A stretch of 64,000 bases of DNA from Callorhinchus milii (lineage: Eukaryota), in contig NW_024704759.1 in NCBI RefSeq assembly GCF_018977255.1, positions 9,734,001-9,798,000 of the forward strand. The letters run 5' to 3'. Shown here in pieces: positions 38,092-52,315 of this stretch. The position numbers and the translations under genes are program-made. The notes below the pieces were generated by a model, which was not told where the DNA came from, did not search any database, and saw only the letters and a list, made by a program, of their open reading frames with translations. Numbering within the stretch: the first letter of the stretch is position 1; each line of letters starts with the position of its first letter.

Positions 38092-41000
38092 ACTTTTGAG
38101 GGCTGCATGTAAAACAGCTCAAGAAAACCTTGATTTCCTAATTGGATCAGCGAACAGTGTGATTGTAGCCGTAGTGAATGCGGGTGTTTAAAAGAATTGA
38201 GCACTACAGTATTTTCAAAGTCAAGAGAGCTCAGTTTTCAAGATGTTAAATTGTTGACCGTGCAAAACATTGTATCGATCTTCTGCGGATGAAAGGAGGA
38301 AGCTGCATGGATTGATCCAGTGTCTGTTTGCCTTACTTGGTACTTTTTCCTAAACTGGCTGACTGTACAATCCTCAAGACGGTTGCTTTCTCTGTATTTT
38401 AATGCAAAATTGATGTGGGCTTCATGAATATTTTTATGCATCCTGCATACATTTTATGTGTTCTCGACGACGTGATAAGGCGCTGTATCAATTGCAAGGA
38501 TTATTATTACATAGTCCATTAATTGGGACAAAAGCTGTAAATTCCAATTGTTGGAATTGGAAAATTCCCAAAAGAAGATCTGGAAACCTTTCTTTTGAAA
38601 GATATTTATGTGGCCTGGATCTTAAGCTTGGTCTGAACTGTAAATGCCCAGTCCCGCCAGCTAGTGTTTAATGGGGTGAAACTGCATTGGCATTTGTTTG
38701 ATTTGCATCTACAGTATTGCAAGAAAATCTCGCCAGGCAAAACCTCCCATGTGGTTGCCTTATTTTCTTGCTTGACTGGCTTTTGTTTCTGACCCACTGC
38801 CACTGTTTCACTGCCCCCGCCCCAACCCCCACCCCCTCCACAGTGTTGGCCAGGGCACTCACGTTGTCATGAAACTGCTGATGTAACCTTTGCCTTCTTG
38901 GGCCCGCTGGGTGGCAAGTTGATGTCAAGCTAACAATTAGGGCTCCCGAGCAATTGACCTTGGCAGCAGGGTTTTGCGTTGTTTAGTTTACTGTTAACAC
39001 CGAGGTAGTGTTAAACATGACTTGGAGTAGCCTGTTTTACCAACCAAAGCTTATTAGAAGATGTGTATGGGCACTGGCAGTGTTTCCCGTTAGTGTGCAA
39101 TTTCTGTCGTTGGATTAACCTTGGGTACTTTTTCTTGGGAAGACCAGAATGGGAAATGTATAAGGCTTCCATTGTCTCTCTGATTCCCTTTTGAAGTTTC
39201 ATTTTCTAGGCTGCTGTTTAACCTCTTTCGGCATTAGTTCTTGGTAGACTTGAGAGAGAATGCTGGTTGTTTTCATCAAGCTTCGCTCTTAAAGCTAACT
39301 CTCTATCAAGAGTTTTGCACAGATGAGCTGCATTATTGTAATTTTTGCTGATGTATCATTAACTTGCACCAAGGACATATAGTTTAAATTGGGATTATGC
39401 AAACTGCACAGGACAACCAAAGAGCGAGATGAGTTTTAGACCTTACCCCCCAAGATTAAAAAGTGTGAGAAATGCAACAACTTTAATTTTTAACCTCTCA
39501 AGGACTGTAGTAGAATATTTCTTTGCAAAGATCAGATGTGCTTTGTTGAGGCCTTTTCCAGAATATTAGGGATAAAAGGATGTGGTTGGATAGGTTTTCT
39601 CAATATTTTAGAATCGTATTACATGTGGTATGTGTGATAATCCATTCTTTTGCAAAAACATTGAGGTTTTTAGCTTCAACACATGAGCAGCCAAGTACCC
39701 GTTTTACTTCCAATAAACACCTTAAGATACAAACTGATACTGCACGTTGAGTCTTGGATAAATGTGTGTTGTTAACTTCACTTGTGAAGGAAATCCAAAT
39801 ACATCTTCCAGCCGTTCATGTGAACTATTGTAAGTTGAAGGGAATGGGGGAGGGGGAATTAAGTGTTGTACTTGTCTAACGGTGTGGTATGTATTCTTAA
39901 CATTCCCGCACATTAGTGCTTGTACGTATGACCTTATACTTCTGTGCTTGGAGTATGTGGGAATACAATAGTTTAGGGATTTTGTTTCTTGTTTCCTTTT
40001 TTTGTTGTGGTGAGTGAAATAGTTGTTTTTTGGTAAATCCCTGGTAGAAATATTTTCAAAGGAATAAGCTCCATGGTACAAATGGTTTGTGAAAACAGCA
40101 ACTGGTGTGCAAACACATTTCTAACTTATTTTTTAACTTGAAGCCTCATTCTTCCGTTTGCACTATTTCATCCTTCTCAAAGCACCACTGTATCAAATTT
40201 AGATTTTTATGGGTAGTACCTCATTTTTTTGTGTGTGTGTCTTTTTTTGTGTGATTTGAGTGTTGTTCCCACATCGGCAGTGCCTGCCTTACCTGTGAAC
40301 ACTTTTGTGGTGTTCGCTTGACTTGAGTGCCCTCCTGTGTTTAATCTTTCTCGTTGCAGTCATTACGTAGCTGGTACTCCCATGAAACAGATGTTTATCA
40401 GTATGATAGCTTTCAGCATTCTGCCCCCAGCAGGTAATTCAGTCTGTCTGCTTAAGAGGATTTTAGTCATGCTATTTGTTAGCATGCTTCCACATTTTTA
40501 ACCATCTTACAATTTAATGATCACATTTTTTTTAATGCAAGATTTGGCCATTTTTAGTAATTAATCAGCTTTACGCGCTGGACCGGGTTCGGTAAGTGGC
40601 ACATTCAATGATTTTATAATCTGTAAACTAAATGGCACTGTACTTCAGTGTTTAACCAGTTTTGCACGAACTGTTCCTTGTCATTCTGAGTCCAGAGATA
40701 TTGTGGATGGAATTGGGACGACTTCAAGGTAAAAGGATATTGTGAACAGAGTGAAGGTTTCAGATTCAAGTTCCTTACATTTTATATTAAGTTTGCCTGA
40801 AGTGGCTCTTGGCTTTTTTCCAATGGTCTCTGACCATTCACTCTTTCTCTCTGCTGCACTAATCAGTCTTTAATGCAATATTATTAAAACCCTGTTTTTT
40901 ACGTAGGATACGGCTATAAAACCCCAAATATTTTTTTAACTGGTATGTTTTTTGGGGGTGACTTTCCTCTTCAATTTCAATTGCTTTTGTTCAATTGCAA

Positions 41001-42829
41001 GTGGAAAGAAAAGGTTTTATGAGGTGTCATAGCAACCCATCTCCATGCTGTATTCCCTCCCCCTCCGTGCTGGAACTTCTTTCCTTCTCTGAAGATGTTT
41101 GGCTCCCCTCCCCCCCCCCCTCTACAGAGGTATGGTACGAAGTGACTATTGTTCCAGTGTGAGTCTTGTCAGACTACATGATCACTGGGTTCAGTAGTTT
41201 TATCAGCTTATGAGAGAAACAAACTGATTCCTACCTCAATTTCAACTTGAAATACAGTTGCACTGAGACAAGCTGCTGATTCCATCTTTAGTGTTAAAAG
41301 GTAAAGTTTAGGGTGATGGAACGGGAGGTGAAATAGTGTCTTTTTATTTTTATAAGGCGGTTAGGGTTCAGTTAATTGCCACCCAGCTAATCTAAAGCAA
41401 AAGGTTATGGGTTATTTAGATTGGGGGAGGGGGAGAGGCTATGGCTTTCTTCTGGCATGTTTCAGTGGGAATTGCAGCTGCTTTCATGCATCAAATATAT
41501 AACCCTGTTCCGTTAAGGGATTTTGACTTTGCTTTATTATCTTACTACTTAACAACCTCCTTGATCTTGTTAGAATTCTGAATCATAGATGATCATAATG
41601 CTGAGTGATACTGTATCTCACAGTAAATGTACAGTTTCCAATGTTAACCGGTTCTCAAAAGACTTGGGAGAGTCAGTATCTGTGCACTAAACATCGTTAA
41701 TTAAAATATTTGATTGATAAATTTAAAAAGTCTGATTTATGTACATTTTATATAGTGTTTTTTTGCTATCCCAACACCCCACTTTTGTTCTGAACTCCCC
41801 CCCACACCCCCATTCCCCCCAAAGATATACCAAGGCAACTTTCTTGTGCATTCTGCTCCAATTCTTTTAAATTGCAGGTTTGTGCTATCACAAGGGGTTT
41901 CAACACTGTTGATTTGAACATCATTTTTAATTGTCTTGTGAGTCCACCGAGTGTAATGCCTCCCCCTTCTCATTGTGTGATTTCCCCCCGTTGAAAGCAG
42001 TAATGCTTTCTTTTTTTTTGTCTCAATACCATTTGGCAACAGTTGGATCTCAATTCCCTGCTGAGCTGGGTGCATTCTCAACATTTATTGGATTACAGGA
42101 TGGTTGGAGATTACATTCTTGGAATTCTAGGATCTAGATAAAAGAATGGGGGGGGGAGGGAGACAATGAGGTTGAAAAGTTTTTTTAAACAAAAACAATG
42201 ACTTGGAGTGTCACCATGTGGTTTCTACCTTATGTGGTCAGATTCAGCACTTTTGGCGTGAGATAGGCCGATTTAGCACTGTTTTTTTTAAAAAAAATGA
42301 TCTTAAAACCATAAGTGTTTCTTTATTGTTAGTAATCTGCAGTGTGGGTTCATTGTTTAAAGATAGGTATGCTCTTCAAGTTTCTGAAAGCAACCTGTAT
42401 TATTAGAGGATGTTTGACCTTTGTGTTTGGCGGAGCATGAAACACTCATCAGTGGGTGCTGTCTCTGCTGTTCTCAATCATACAAAACCTCTCCTTTTAT
42501 AACTGCGCCGAGTGTTCCATCCAGTTGTGGGATATTTTTAATTGCTGGCTTGAATGAGATAGGTAGATGTCGCCAAGGATTTTTTTCTAAGTCTTGAGCC
42601 GTTGCTCCACAGCTACTCTTGTTCGCGACTGTGACCCAATGTGGGAATTTAGATATTGTTTGTTAGATCATTTGTACAAAAGCTAAATAGTGTTTACCTT
42701 CCACTCTGTTTGGGCACTGGTGTTCTGAATTATTCACTTCAATTTTTTTAATGAAAAATAAGCAACTCTTTTTTAAATTGCAGCATTTCCTTGTTTTATC
42801 TTGATCACAGCACTGACTTGGGTTTTGAT

Positions 42830-43036
42830 TATTATAATAATAGTTATTATAATAATAATAAAACTAATAATGAATAATAAAAATAATAATGCCTTATCAC
42901 GTTGTTGAGACGTCTCAAAAGCACTTCACAGAATATACTGTAAAGTGAATTGACTATATTTTGTGGGTGAAATGCGGCAGCCAATTGTGCACAGCAGTGT
43001 CCCACAAACAGTCGTGGATTGAATGGCCAAATTATT
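42830..43036 (-). mobile_element. tRNA-Deu SINE 3' half
   Basis: Core and tail with an expanded (TAA)n end. Confidence 0.85.
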
Positions 43037-43669
43037 GGTATTTATTTTTTATTAAATTCAAACTCTAGTCTAGTGAGTATAAATCGATCTGTGTGACTGC
43101 ATGTGGTGGATTGCTAGTTACTGTACAAGCCAGAATATCTGTCTGTTCTACTTAACAGTTTCCGAATCAATGAATTGCTTTAATTTATTTGACCTTATCT
43201 GAGAAATCGGAGCCAACAGGGACATGACCAGTGGCCTTCAGTGAGGGTAAAACACTGATTGCAATCTACAGGAAGTCCAGAGAGCCTCACTAATGAGGCA
43301 AAGACAACTGTTTCTTCTCAGGCTTTTAACTGGCTTACAGTGTTCAACTGCATTCCTTTTGACTCCTTATTTGTGTAGCAGTTAGTATACAGGGAGCTGA
43401 AGGTCTAACTACACTGTCTTATTACAGGAGATTTCAAGGGAGGTGGGCAACTTCTGCTGTGCATATAAGAGTGGGGTGTCCAGCAATGCGGGGGTGTCTA
43501 GCAATGGGCTAGTTCTCTTGTTAACTTGAATGGTGCAGCACTTCTGTCAATATTGGGAGACATTGGGAAGGGGTCAAAGAGGTTAAGGAATGCTGGCATA
43601 GTTGCAGCTGCATTATTTTACATATAAATGTAGACTTGAGCAGAGACCCCAGCAGTATGAGGAGGGAAC

Positions 43670-44830
43670 TGAGTGAGATGGAACAGAGTAAGAATTCTGT
43701 TAAGGAATTTGGTGAGAGTGGGAATTCTGTTAAGGAATTTTGGTGAGAGCGGGAATTCGGTGCAGAGTGGGAAAGAGGTGTATAATTATAAAATATATAA
43801 TAGCTATATTTAAATAATGTCTGGGAAAAGGGACCTAGCTAACGTAGACTGGAAAGAAAGATTGGCAGTTAAAACAGCTAACGAGCACCGGGAAGCCTTC
43901 AAGCAAGAGATAGTTTGGGGACAGAACAAATACATTCCCACAAAGGGGAAAGATAGGCCATCCAATCTCCAAGGATGAATAAGGAAATTGGGATTAGAAT
44001 AACACAGAGAAAGGAGGTTTATGATAAATGACAGGTTCAAAATACAGAAGAAATCAAATACAACATAGAAGGTACAGAGGAGAACTGAAGAAGGAAATAA
44101 GAGGGGTAAAGAGATTGTATGAGAAAAGATTAGCGGGTAATATAAAAGGGAACCCTAAGGTATTTTATAAGCATATAAAGAATAAAAGGTTAGTCAGGTA
44201 GGGTGGGTCCAATTAGGGACCAAAGAGGAAATCTCCTTGTGGAGGTAGAGGGCATGGCTGACGTATACAGAATGAGTACTTTACACCTGTCTTCACAAAA
44301 GAAGAGGATGCAGCCAATGCCACAGTATCGGAGGAGAGGGTAGAGAAAGAGAGCGGTGGTGAACGGTTGTTTTTCTGACTGGAGGGAAGGTGTCTGATTG
44401 GAGGTATCCCCCAGGGGTCAGTATTGATAACGCTGCTGTTTTTAATCTATATAAATAACCTGGACTTAGGTACAGGGAGTACAATTTCCAAGTTTGCAGA
44501 TGATGCTAAGCTGGAAAAAGTAGTAAACAGCGAGGAGGATCGCAGCAGTCTGCAAGAGGACATAGACAGACTGGTAAAATGGGCAGACATGTGGCAGATG
44601 AAGTTTAATGTGGAGAAATGCAAAGTGATGCACTTTGGGAGGAAGAATGAGGAGAGGCAATATAAGCTGATGGTACAATCTTAAAGGGGTGAAGGAACAG
44701 AGAGACCTGGGGGTTCATATAAGTAAATCTTTGAAGGTGGCAGGACAGGGAGATAAAGCTGTTAAAAAAAACATACGGGGTACTAGGCTTTATAAATAGG
44801 GGCATACAAAAGTCAGGAAATTATGATAAA
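43670..44830 (+). mobile_element. Internally deleted CR1 LINE (tandem-repeat 5' region, tether, RT C-terminus)
   Basis: LLFLIYINNLD...ISKFADDAKL...LQEDIDRLVKWADMWQMKFNVEKCKVMHFG contains the RT FADD motif. Tandem ~29-bp units gggaattctgttaaggaatttggtgagag at 43685-43775. Confidence 0.9.
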
Positions 44831-45114
44831 CCTTTGCAAGTGAGAGACCTGAGTTCAATTCCAGGCAGAGGGCGAAACCTTGGGCAAGTTTCCTTACTCC
44901 ACACAGAGCCTAATAATAATCCCTCCAAAACAAAACAATAATAAATTGGTCATTTTCAATCTACGATTGTTTGTGGGACACTGCTGTGTGCATTTGGCTG
45001 CCGCGTTCGCCCACAAATGTGCAGTCAATTCACTTTACAGTATATTCTTTGAAGGGCTTTGGGACGTCTAGAAAACATGAAAAGCGCTATATCAAATGCA
45101 AGGATTATTATTAT
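44831..45114 (+). mobile_element. tRNA-Deu SINE, short subfamily, 5'-truncated, abutting a CR1 remnant
   Basis: Shares a 95-nt identical block with the 9358-9672 copy. Confidence 0.9.
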
Positions 45115-45459
45115 CTATGGATGGTGCACAGTCCATTCTTATGAATGGTGTTGATGCTCTGCAGGACATGACTTAACCATTTAGACTGGGAGTCCTCTTT
45201 GTTAACAGCAGAGGTAAAAAGAAAAAAAAAGTCAGATGCTGAAAACTAGAAAACCTCTAAAAGTAGAAGGAGCGCATGTCAGGTGTGAACCTTTTACTTA
45301 AATACCTGTGTCAGCTGGCTCATCTTTCAGGCTATGGTTTGTGAAATCGGTGCAATAGGTACCGTCTCCTGCCTGAAGTTAAACTGTGTTCTTTAGTTAC
45401 TTACATTAGCTCATTAGTGCTGTACGTCATTGCTCTATGGAACGGCGCTATGTAATAAA

Positions 45460-45560
45460 AATAATAATCCTTGCATTTGATATTGTGGCTTATCACGTCT
45501 TCGAGACGTCTCAAAGCGCTTCACAGAATATACTGTGATATGACTGCAAATTTTGTGGGA
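45460..45560 (-). mobile_element. tRNA-Deu SINE 3' fragment
   Basis: Tail motif in reverse orientation. Confidence 0.8.
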
Positions 45561-45785
45561 AAAATGCAAGTCTTTACTTTAGTCCATTGTGGGCGCCCTC
45601 CTGTGTAAATGCAATCTGGACTTTTTTTCTGGATATCAAAAAGTTATTTCAAAGTACAATTGGTGGCACTGAAACTTTCGGTCAGAAGAAAGTCTTGCCT
45701 GTTTCTCTTGAGCCATATTTTTGATTCCAGGAGGTGTGAATTTGTTTGTGGATCCTGTTAAGTGGATTGACTGTATCTTGTGGAT

Positions 45786-45903
45786 GTTTCGCCCACAAAA
45801 TACAATGTCAATCCATTCTACAGGATATCCTTTAAAGCGCGTTGAGACGTCTCCACGACGTGATAAGGCGCTAGATCAAATGCAAGGATTATTACTTATT
45901 ATT
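45786..45903 (+). mobile_element. tRNA-Deu SINE 3' fragment
   Basis: tttcgcccacaaaataca...aaatgcaaggattatt. Confidence 0.8.
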
Positions 45904-46446
45904 GAAAACTAAACTGATCCACAAAAAGGAAAGAAATAATGTGACTGCAAGTGTAAGTTCCCTTTTAGGATTAAATTAACAAACTCTTTGCAGAAAACGG
46001 AAAGGATGTGGTTTTGGAAAGGCAGATTGTATTTTAGAAATTGAGTTGTACTCTCCCCATAATGAACAAATCACCCAAGGCTACCAGAAGCATGTTACTT
46101 TTAGCCTGCAGTGTCCTGTCACTGCACCGCATGTTGTAAGGAGAAACTACTTCAAGCCAAGTGGCTGAGAATGTGCAGCTGCCACCTCCTCCTTGCATTT
46201 AGGATCTGTTTTATTTTATTTTTTTTAAAAATGCACGGTTATTTGGTAAAAATTTGGCAGAAACCGTGCCAAATTCAGGCATTCGTCTTATTTTTCTCCT
46301 CCTAATTTCTCATTCATGATATTCACACGTGAGCAAAAGTTACAGGTTATTGTATATCTGATCGATGACCCAAAAAGAGGCTCTTTTCTTTAATGTGGAA
46401 TTTAATCCAGCTCACCTTTAAACTCCTGAAGTACAAGATTCCTGTG

Positions 46447-46767
46447 GGAGTTATGTTGCTCAGTGGTTAGAGCACTCGCCTTGTAAGCGAGAGGCCTGGG
46501 TTCGATTCCAAGCAGCGCAAAATCTTTCCTTTTGTTTCCTTACTCCATATACCTGATAATAATCCCTCAAGAAAACAAACAATAATAGATTGGTCACTTC
46601 CATCCACGACTGTTTGTGGGACACTGCTGTGCGCAATTGGCTGCCGCGTTTCACCCACAAAATATACAGTAAATTCACTTTACAGTATATTATGTGAAGC
46701 ACTTTGAGACATCTAGAAGACGTGAAAAAGTGCTATATCAAATGCAAGGATTGTGATTATTATTATT
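46447..46767 (+). mobile_element. tRNA-Deu SINE, short subfamily
   Basis: Head gctcagtggttagagcactcgcc...ggttcgattcc, core and tail. Confidence 0.9.
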
Positions 46768-49700
46768 CCTTCTATTTTCTGCAGTACATCTCACTTTGAT
46801 ACAGATTTGTAAGCTGTTTTCCCGCCCCGCCCCTGACAATCAAACCAAATGATCAGATGCTGTTGCCGTTGTAACTGAATGCCCAATATACCTCAAAGCC
46901 TCTCCTTCCAGTGTTCCTATCCCTTACCATACAGATCCTACACATTAGTATTCCCGCAAAGCGCCTCGAGACTTTTTGATGTGGTCAGGTGCTATAAAAA
47001 TGCAAGTTCTGAAAGTGTTGATTAGTTCAATGGAAGATCATTCGTAACCTGTTCGAGCACACTTGCTCCTCACCACATCCTGAACAGTTACAATGAATTC
47101 AGATACCAGCAAATCAGACAATCTGTCATGATTCAGAAGGCGCAGGGCAGAATAGTCAAAACTGATGCACAAAATCAGAGGTAGCAATTGCAGTCCCTGT
47201 TTGTTTTCTTCCCTCCTTCCAATCATTCAACAAATGCTTTGAATAATGTGGTAAAGTACAGTATTCTAGTGACTGGATTAGCAGGTGGCTGTCATTCAGC
47301 TGTTAATTTAGTGGCTTGCAGTGCAGCCTGTGGTAACTAACATGTTTTGTGATATGACACAATAAGGTGACTTGTGAGCTAAACTGAAACACTGCTAATT
47401 CTGACTTCTGCTGAAGCTTCCCCCTGAAATACATATTGTGGCAAGTGGGTGACTTGTGTGTGTTCGTCTCCTGGATGAGAAGGTGTTGCTAGTATGTGTG
47501 TGTGGTAATACCTAAGAAGTTCGACAGTTATTTTCAAGAATGTAATCACAATTGTGCAATGACTTCTACTGGTCAAACCTTTGATCCCTACATACGCAGA
47601 AGCTCACTGCTTCCCCCACACACAGTGCAGCATTTGCACAAGACATTGTGTCACTGTGTGAGCTGTAAGGAATCTTCCTGGAAGCTCTCGATTGAATATT
47701 GCAGTATTTTGAAACTCTATGGACATATAGCATGGCAGCATGTTGGGGCGGAGGTAAGTTGGGTCGAACGAGATGTTTTGCAGAACTAAAGCCCTTTTTA
47801 TACGCCTAATCATATGGAAATGTGTCTTTATAACTGATAGGCGCAAACAATTTAAATCTGATTCTTTTTGGTGACTTTTTTTAAAAAAAAGACTCGACTG
47901 GTGTTTGCATAATTTGATCAAATTATATTCTTGTGAAACATTTTTCAAAAGCAAACGGAAACCTGAACTGATTCTCCTGCTGTGGTTCCTAGTTCATCTT
48001 GTACACTCATAAGCAAACCCTTCGGTTTTTGAAAGGATGAATATCCATTTCTTCCGTTCATTTCTAGATTTTTTTTTCGTGTGTGACCATAGAAACTTGG
48101 GCCGATCGTGTAAGTTCATGTAAAATAAAACTGGACCATTCGATGGCCATGTTCTGCCAATCCAGCAATCCCTTCAGATTGCCGGGCATCTATGACACAC
48201 CCGTCACATCGCTGACTAGCTACTAGGAGTGAGAGGCCTGAACTTTACTGACGGTCTGGGCCTTTCTTCTTCCCTCCATTAAGACACAGCAGCAGTGACC
48301 TTCCAGAGGCCCATACCATTCTAGCAGCTTCAAGACATTGGCTTGAGCAGGGTAGTGCTCAACTGGAACAACTCCTCAAGAGCCAAGTTGATGATCTTGC
48401 TCGTGAACATGCCTCTCGATGCCTTCCTACACACAACAATCCCCAGAAACTATCCCATCACCATCCACGCAGTGTTCGATTATCGGGTCAGTTTGTAGCT
48501 TTCAAGATACTGTACTGCTACATACGAAGAACCTGGCAATACTTCTAGCCTTCTAATATTTTTGTGGCCACTTTTAAATTTGTCCCTTACTCGTCCCAGC
48601 AACAGATTTTTATTTTGCTCCCATGTAAGCTTCCAGAAAAAACAAAATATCTCCAGTATCTTCTTCAGAAATATTTTCTTGAAGAGGAGAAAATGATTAA
48701 CTATATCCAAGCTGATTGATAACCACAGATTATCTTAAAACGAAGGCTTGTTATAGAAAGGTTAGCAAAAAAAACCTTGAGTTATGCTATGCTTGTTTTA
48801 CCTTGTTTTACAATCTCTGCATAGGATTTCAAATTCCTATTTACATGCCTGAAGGCATGCATACTTCCAGGAGACATGAAACTTGCCCTTGGGGTATGTT
48901 TGGAATTACAGAGGGGAGGGAAAGGGAGAGGAGAACTACAGGTCTATTGAGCGGGGAACGAGAAGGAAGGAGATGATTGTGAATCAGTACTTTGAATGTG
49001 CTCTCCAAAAAATGCAATCAAAATAATCATCATAATCCTTGCATTTGGTACAGCCTTTCACTTGTTGTCGTGCCTTTCATGTCAGGAGTTCCTGTCACAG
49101 TGCCTCACAGGGTATACTGTTTAGTGACTGTGTATTTGTAGGGGGATGTGGCAGCTCAATTGCGCTTAGCAATGTTTCGGGAGTGACCAATTTTAGTTGG
49201 GCTTGTTGGCCAGGATGGATATCTGGCCTCTCCCTGTAGAATTGTGCAGCATGAACCCATATTCAAATTGCAGAGCATTGTGTGGTTTGCTCATTCGGTT
49301 CTCTCCCTTCCTGTTCCCTGCCCCCTCGTCTCCTGCAGGCTGTGATTTTGTGCAGCATGTTACACGGATGCCAGTGGTCCTCCAGCACTGAGTTTTCTCA
49401 ATGAAACATCCAAGTGAAAGTGTTTCTCTTTCTTCCTCCACCCACTCCCACACGTACTGTTTCCTGTCCACATGCCTCGGATGTGGTGTTTTTAGGGAAG
49501 ATGCCGTAGCATTATTGAGTGCCTCCTGCCGTAAGATCACTCATATTGATTTGGGTTAACCAAAGCATCGTTTGGCTGTGACATTTCTCTTAGTTCATGT
49601 TAAATTATGGTTGGGGGGGGGGCGTGGAGAAATGTACAGATAGGGTGCTGCACCTGTACATCTGGAATGGTTTGGATACTCTTTAAGCATGTGTCAGACA

Positions 49701-50084
49701 CCCAGATGACCCCCACTCCCACAAAAAAAAGTTGAGGGCTTTAAGCAGCAGCACAGCTTAACCAATGAGTATAGAGCTCCCTCTACAGTATATGGCCAAC
49801 ATGGAACCTTGCTGTACAAAACTCCAGCAATATCACTTGCAAGATGATTATAAATTGCCTTGAGCTAGAACTGGAAGAGGGGAGAGAGACCGAGCAGGGG
49901 AGGGTACAAAATGTCGCTTTTTGGGTGCAACTTTCTTTGCAGTTCACTACTTTTACAACTTTTGATATTGACATAACAGCTACGACTTGTATTTACGTAG
50001 CTTCTGTTACTCAGTAAAGCGAATCTGAGCACTGTACAGTGGCAGAGTTGGACACGGAGCAAAGGGGGATGGGACCATTGGCAC

Positions 50085-50215
50085 GTTCAAAGAGACTGGG
50101 TCTTAAGGTGGGATTTAAAGATAGATAAAGAGGTGGAGGAATTGAGGCAGGCAGTTCCAGAGGTTAGGGGTGTAGTGGCTGAAGGCACGGCCATCAATGT
50201 TGGCACAGAGGGGTT
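50085..50215 (-). mobile_element. L2 LINE 3' fragment
   Basis: gggtcttaaggtgggatttaaag...agttccagaggttaggg...ggctgaaggcacgg, typical of the reverse strand of an L2 end. Confidence 0.5.
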
Positions 50216-51997
50216 GGGTGGGGGGTGGAGGGGGAGAATGAGCATCAGACCTTAGCTCTACTTTTCTGAAGTGTGTGTGTAGGAACTAAAAGTTTCAAAG
50301 ATTATAAAACTTTTTAAACGTCGCACAAAATATCTCATCAGTGTTTCTCAATGTTAATTTTTTTCCGCAAGTAGGATTTGTGGGAAAGAAATTTGTGTGT
50401 GTGTGTCTGCATCTGTGTGTGTGTCTGTGCGGGGGTGGGGCGGAGAGAGAAGGTCTAAGGGGCACTGTTAATTCTCCATTCCAGGGTGTTTTAAATGCAC
50501 ATGTGTGTTTAGCAATATTTAGTGTTGCTGACAATACCTTCAGGCATTTCCTAATGGACTTAACTGGCAGTAATTAAACTGATCTGTTTGTCATTTATTT
50601 TTAAAAAAAATGTTTCTTTCATTGAAGGCACACAGTCTTTTCTTTGGTAACATTCCAAACATGTTGTTAAAGTTCGAAACAGCCACCGCTAGTAAAACCT
50701 TTGATTTAATTGTGGAATCCCTCTCAAGATTATATACATTTAGGAATTTGTAACTAATAAAACTGACTGTCGTTTATTTGGATGTTATAAGTTGTAAATT
50801 GTTTTCCAGTGCATGTGTGCAATCGTATATGCCTTTTAAGCTGTCAATGAACAGTCAGTGGTTAGGTTAAGTTGCTGCTACTTGCCATGGCATGGAATTG
50901 CACAGACCCACAAGATCCCAGGTTTTGCTGAAATTTGTGCAGTTGGATGATCTTAGCTGGGATGAAGGGGAATTTTAGTCGGCTTTAGAGGTTCTGGATT
51001 AAAGTACGGTCCATGAGTGGCTTGCTGGTGTCCTGATAGTACAAATGCTATAATCGATCTCGTTGGCTTGAATTGGGGGAAGTTCAAATCAGCCATGCTT
51101 CCTGCTGCTGATCACTGTCCAGTGGAGCCTTGATCGAAGGAAGGTGTGTGGGTGGCTGGACCAACAGAACAGGTTTGACTAACGTGCTGCCAGCTGAGAC
51201 GCACGTGAAATTACCAGTTGGGTGAAGTAACCAGAGGGCACTCCGCAGCATTGGTTGGCACTTCGAGGAGAGAGAGAGCATTTTTTTTAAAAAAAGCAGA
51301 CGTAATGTTGGCACTGGAATGTACTGTTGTGTCTCCTGCGTAACAAGCATGTAAGTGTGTGGGGCTGTGTGAGACTTGCAGACTGGCATTTGATGCCTCG
51401 TTTATTGTGGCAGACGGCAGCTGAAATGGAAAATAACGTTGGCTTTATTGCAAACTAAGTGCAGAGTTCCTGTCCTTACAATTTTGGTGGGTTCCAAGCC
51501 CTCAATTAACAGTGACAGAGACCCGACCGGCCATTTAATAGAATTTTACTGCTGTTCCCTCAGCTTTCTCTGCTTGTGTTTTTAACGTGGCTGCAGGGAA
51601 GGGACCCAGTTTGTTTCAGCCTGACTTCTAAAGCTATGGTAGACAACCATGAGGGCAGTTTAATCAACACTGCTTGCTGGGATGGTGATGGAACTGCTCA
51701 AATTGTTGTCAGTGTCTCTGGGCTAGTCAGGAAAGGTTGGCGAGGGTCCTGCTAACTGTCCTCTAGACAGGGACCTGGAAAAGGGGTGCGTTGTGGGCTT
51801 TTGTAGTCAAATGTAGTCACTCAGTATCCAGAATGATCACAGAGATGGTCTGTGGAATGCTACTCGCTGTCCCAATCCCTGACTGTCCTGCGCTTTGAAA
51901 TGTCCTCCCGACTTGAAAGATGCTACACAAATGCCTTCAGGAGGGGTGAGGAGAAAGCTATCAGTTTGAGAATGATGGCTGTTGACTGTTCTTTAGG

Positions 51998-52062
51998 TTA
52001 AAATCCTCGTCCTCACCTTTAAAACCCTCCACAGTTGTGCTACTCCCTACCTCTGCGACTTA
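51998..52062 (+). mobile_element. Short L2 fragment
   Basis: ttaaaatcctcgtcctcacctttaaaaccctccac...ccctacctctgc, matching the L2 copy at 63915-63980. Confidence 0.6.
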
Positions 52063-52315
52063 TTAACACCATCTCATCCTATGGGGAATTAAGCGCAATG
52101 ATACGATTGCTAATTCGTACTAAGAGCCTAACAATCGCGACACTAGGAACCTGGCACCAGCTTTGTGTTTGGGAAGGTGCCTTGCAGGAGAGAACCACAT
52201 GGGGGAGCAAAGAGATTTGTACAGTAATTCGTTGGAAGTTATTTTGCAAAGAGCATGACGAGAGTTCTTCTTCATACAAACGGATAACTTTTTTTTCCCG
52301 TTTTCGTTCCGTTAG

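Noticed and set aside
43685-43775. Short direct repeats resembling a CRISPR array
   Set aside because: Head-to-tail units without unique spacers, in a vertebrate LINE context.
38640-51550. Several repeat-free intronic stretches that look like conserved enhancers (about 38640-39010, 46100-46420, 47270-47400, 50440-50600)
   Set aside because: No specific sequence evidence without cross-species alignment.
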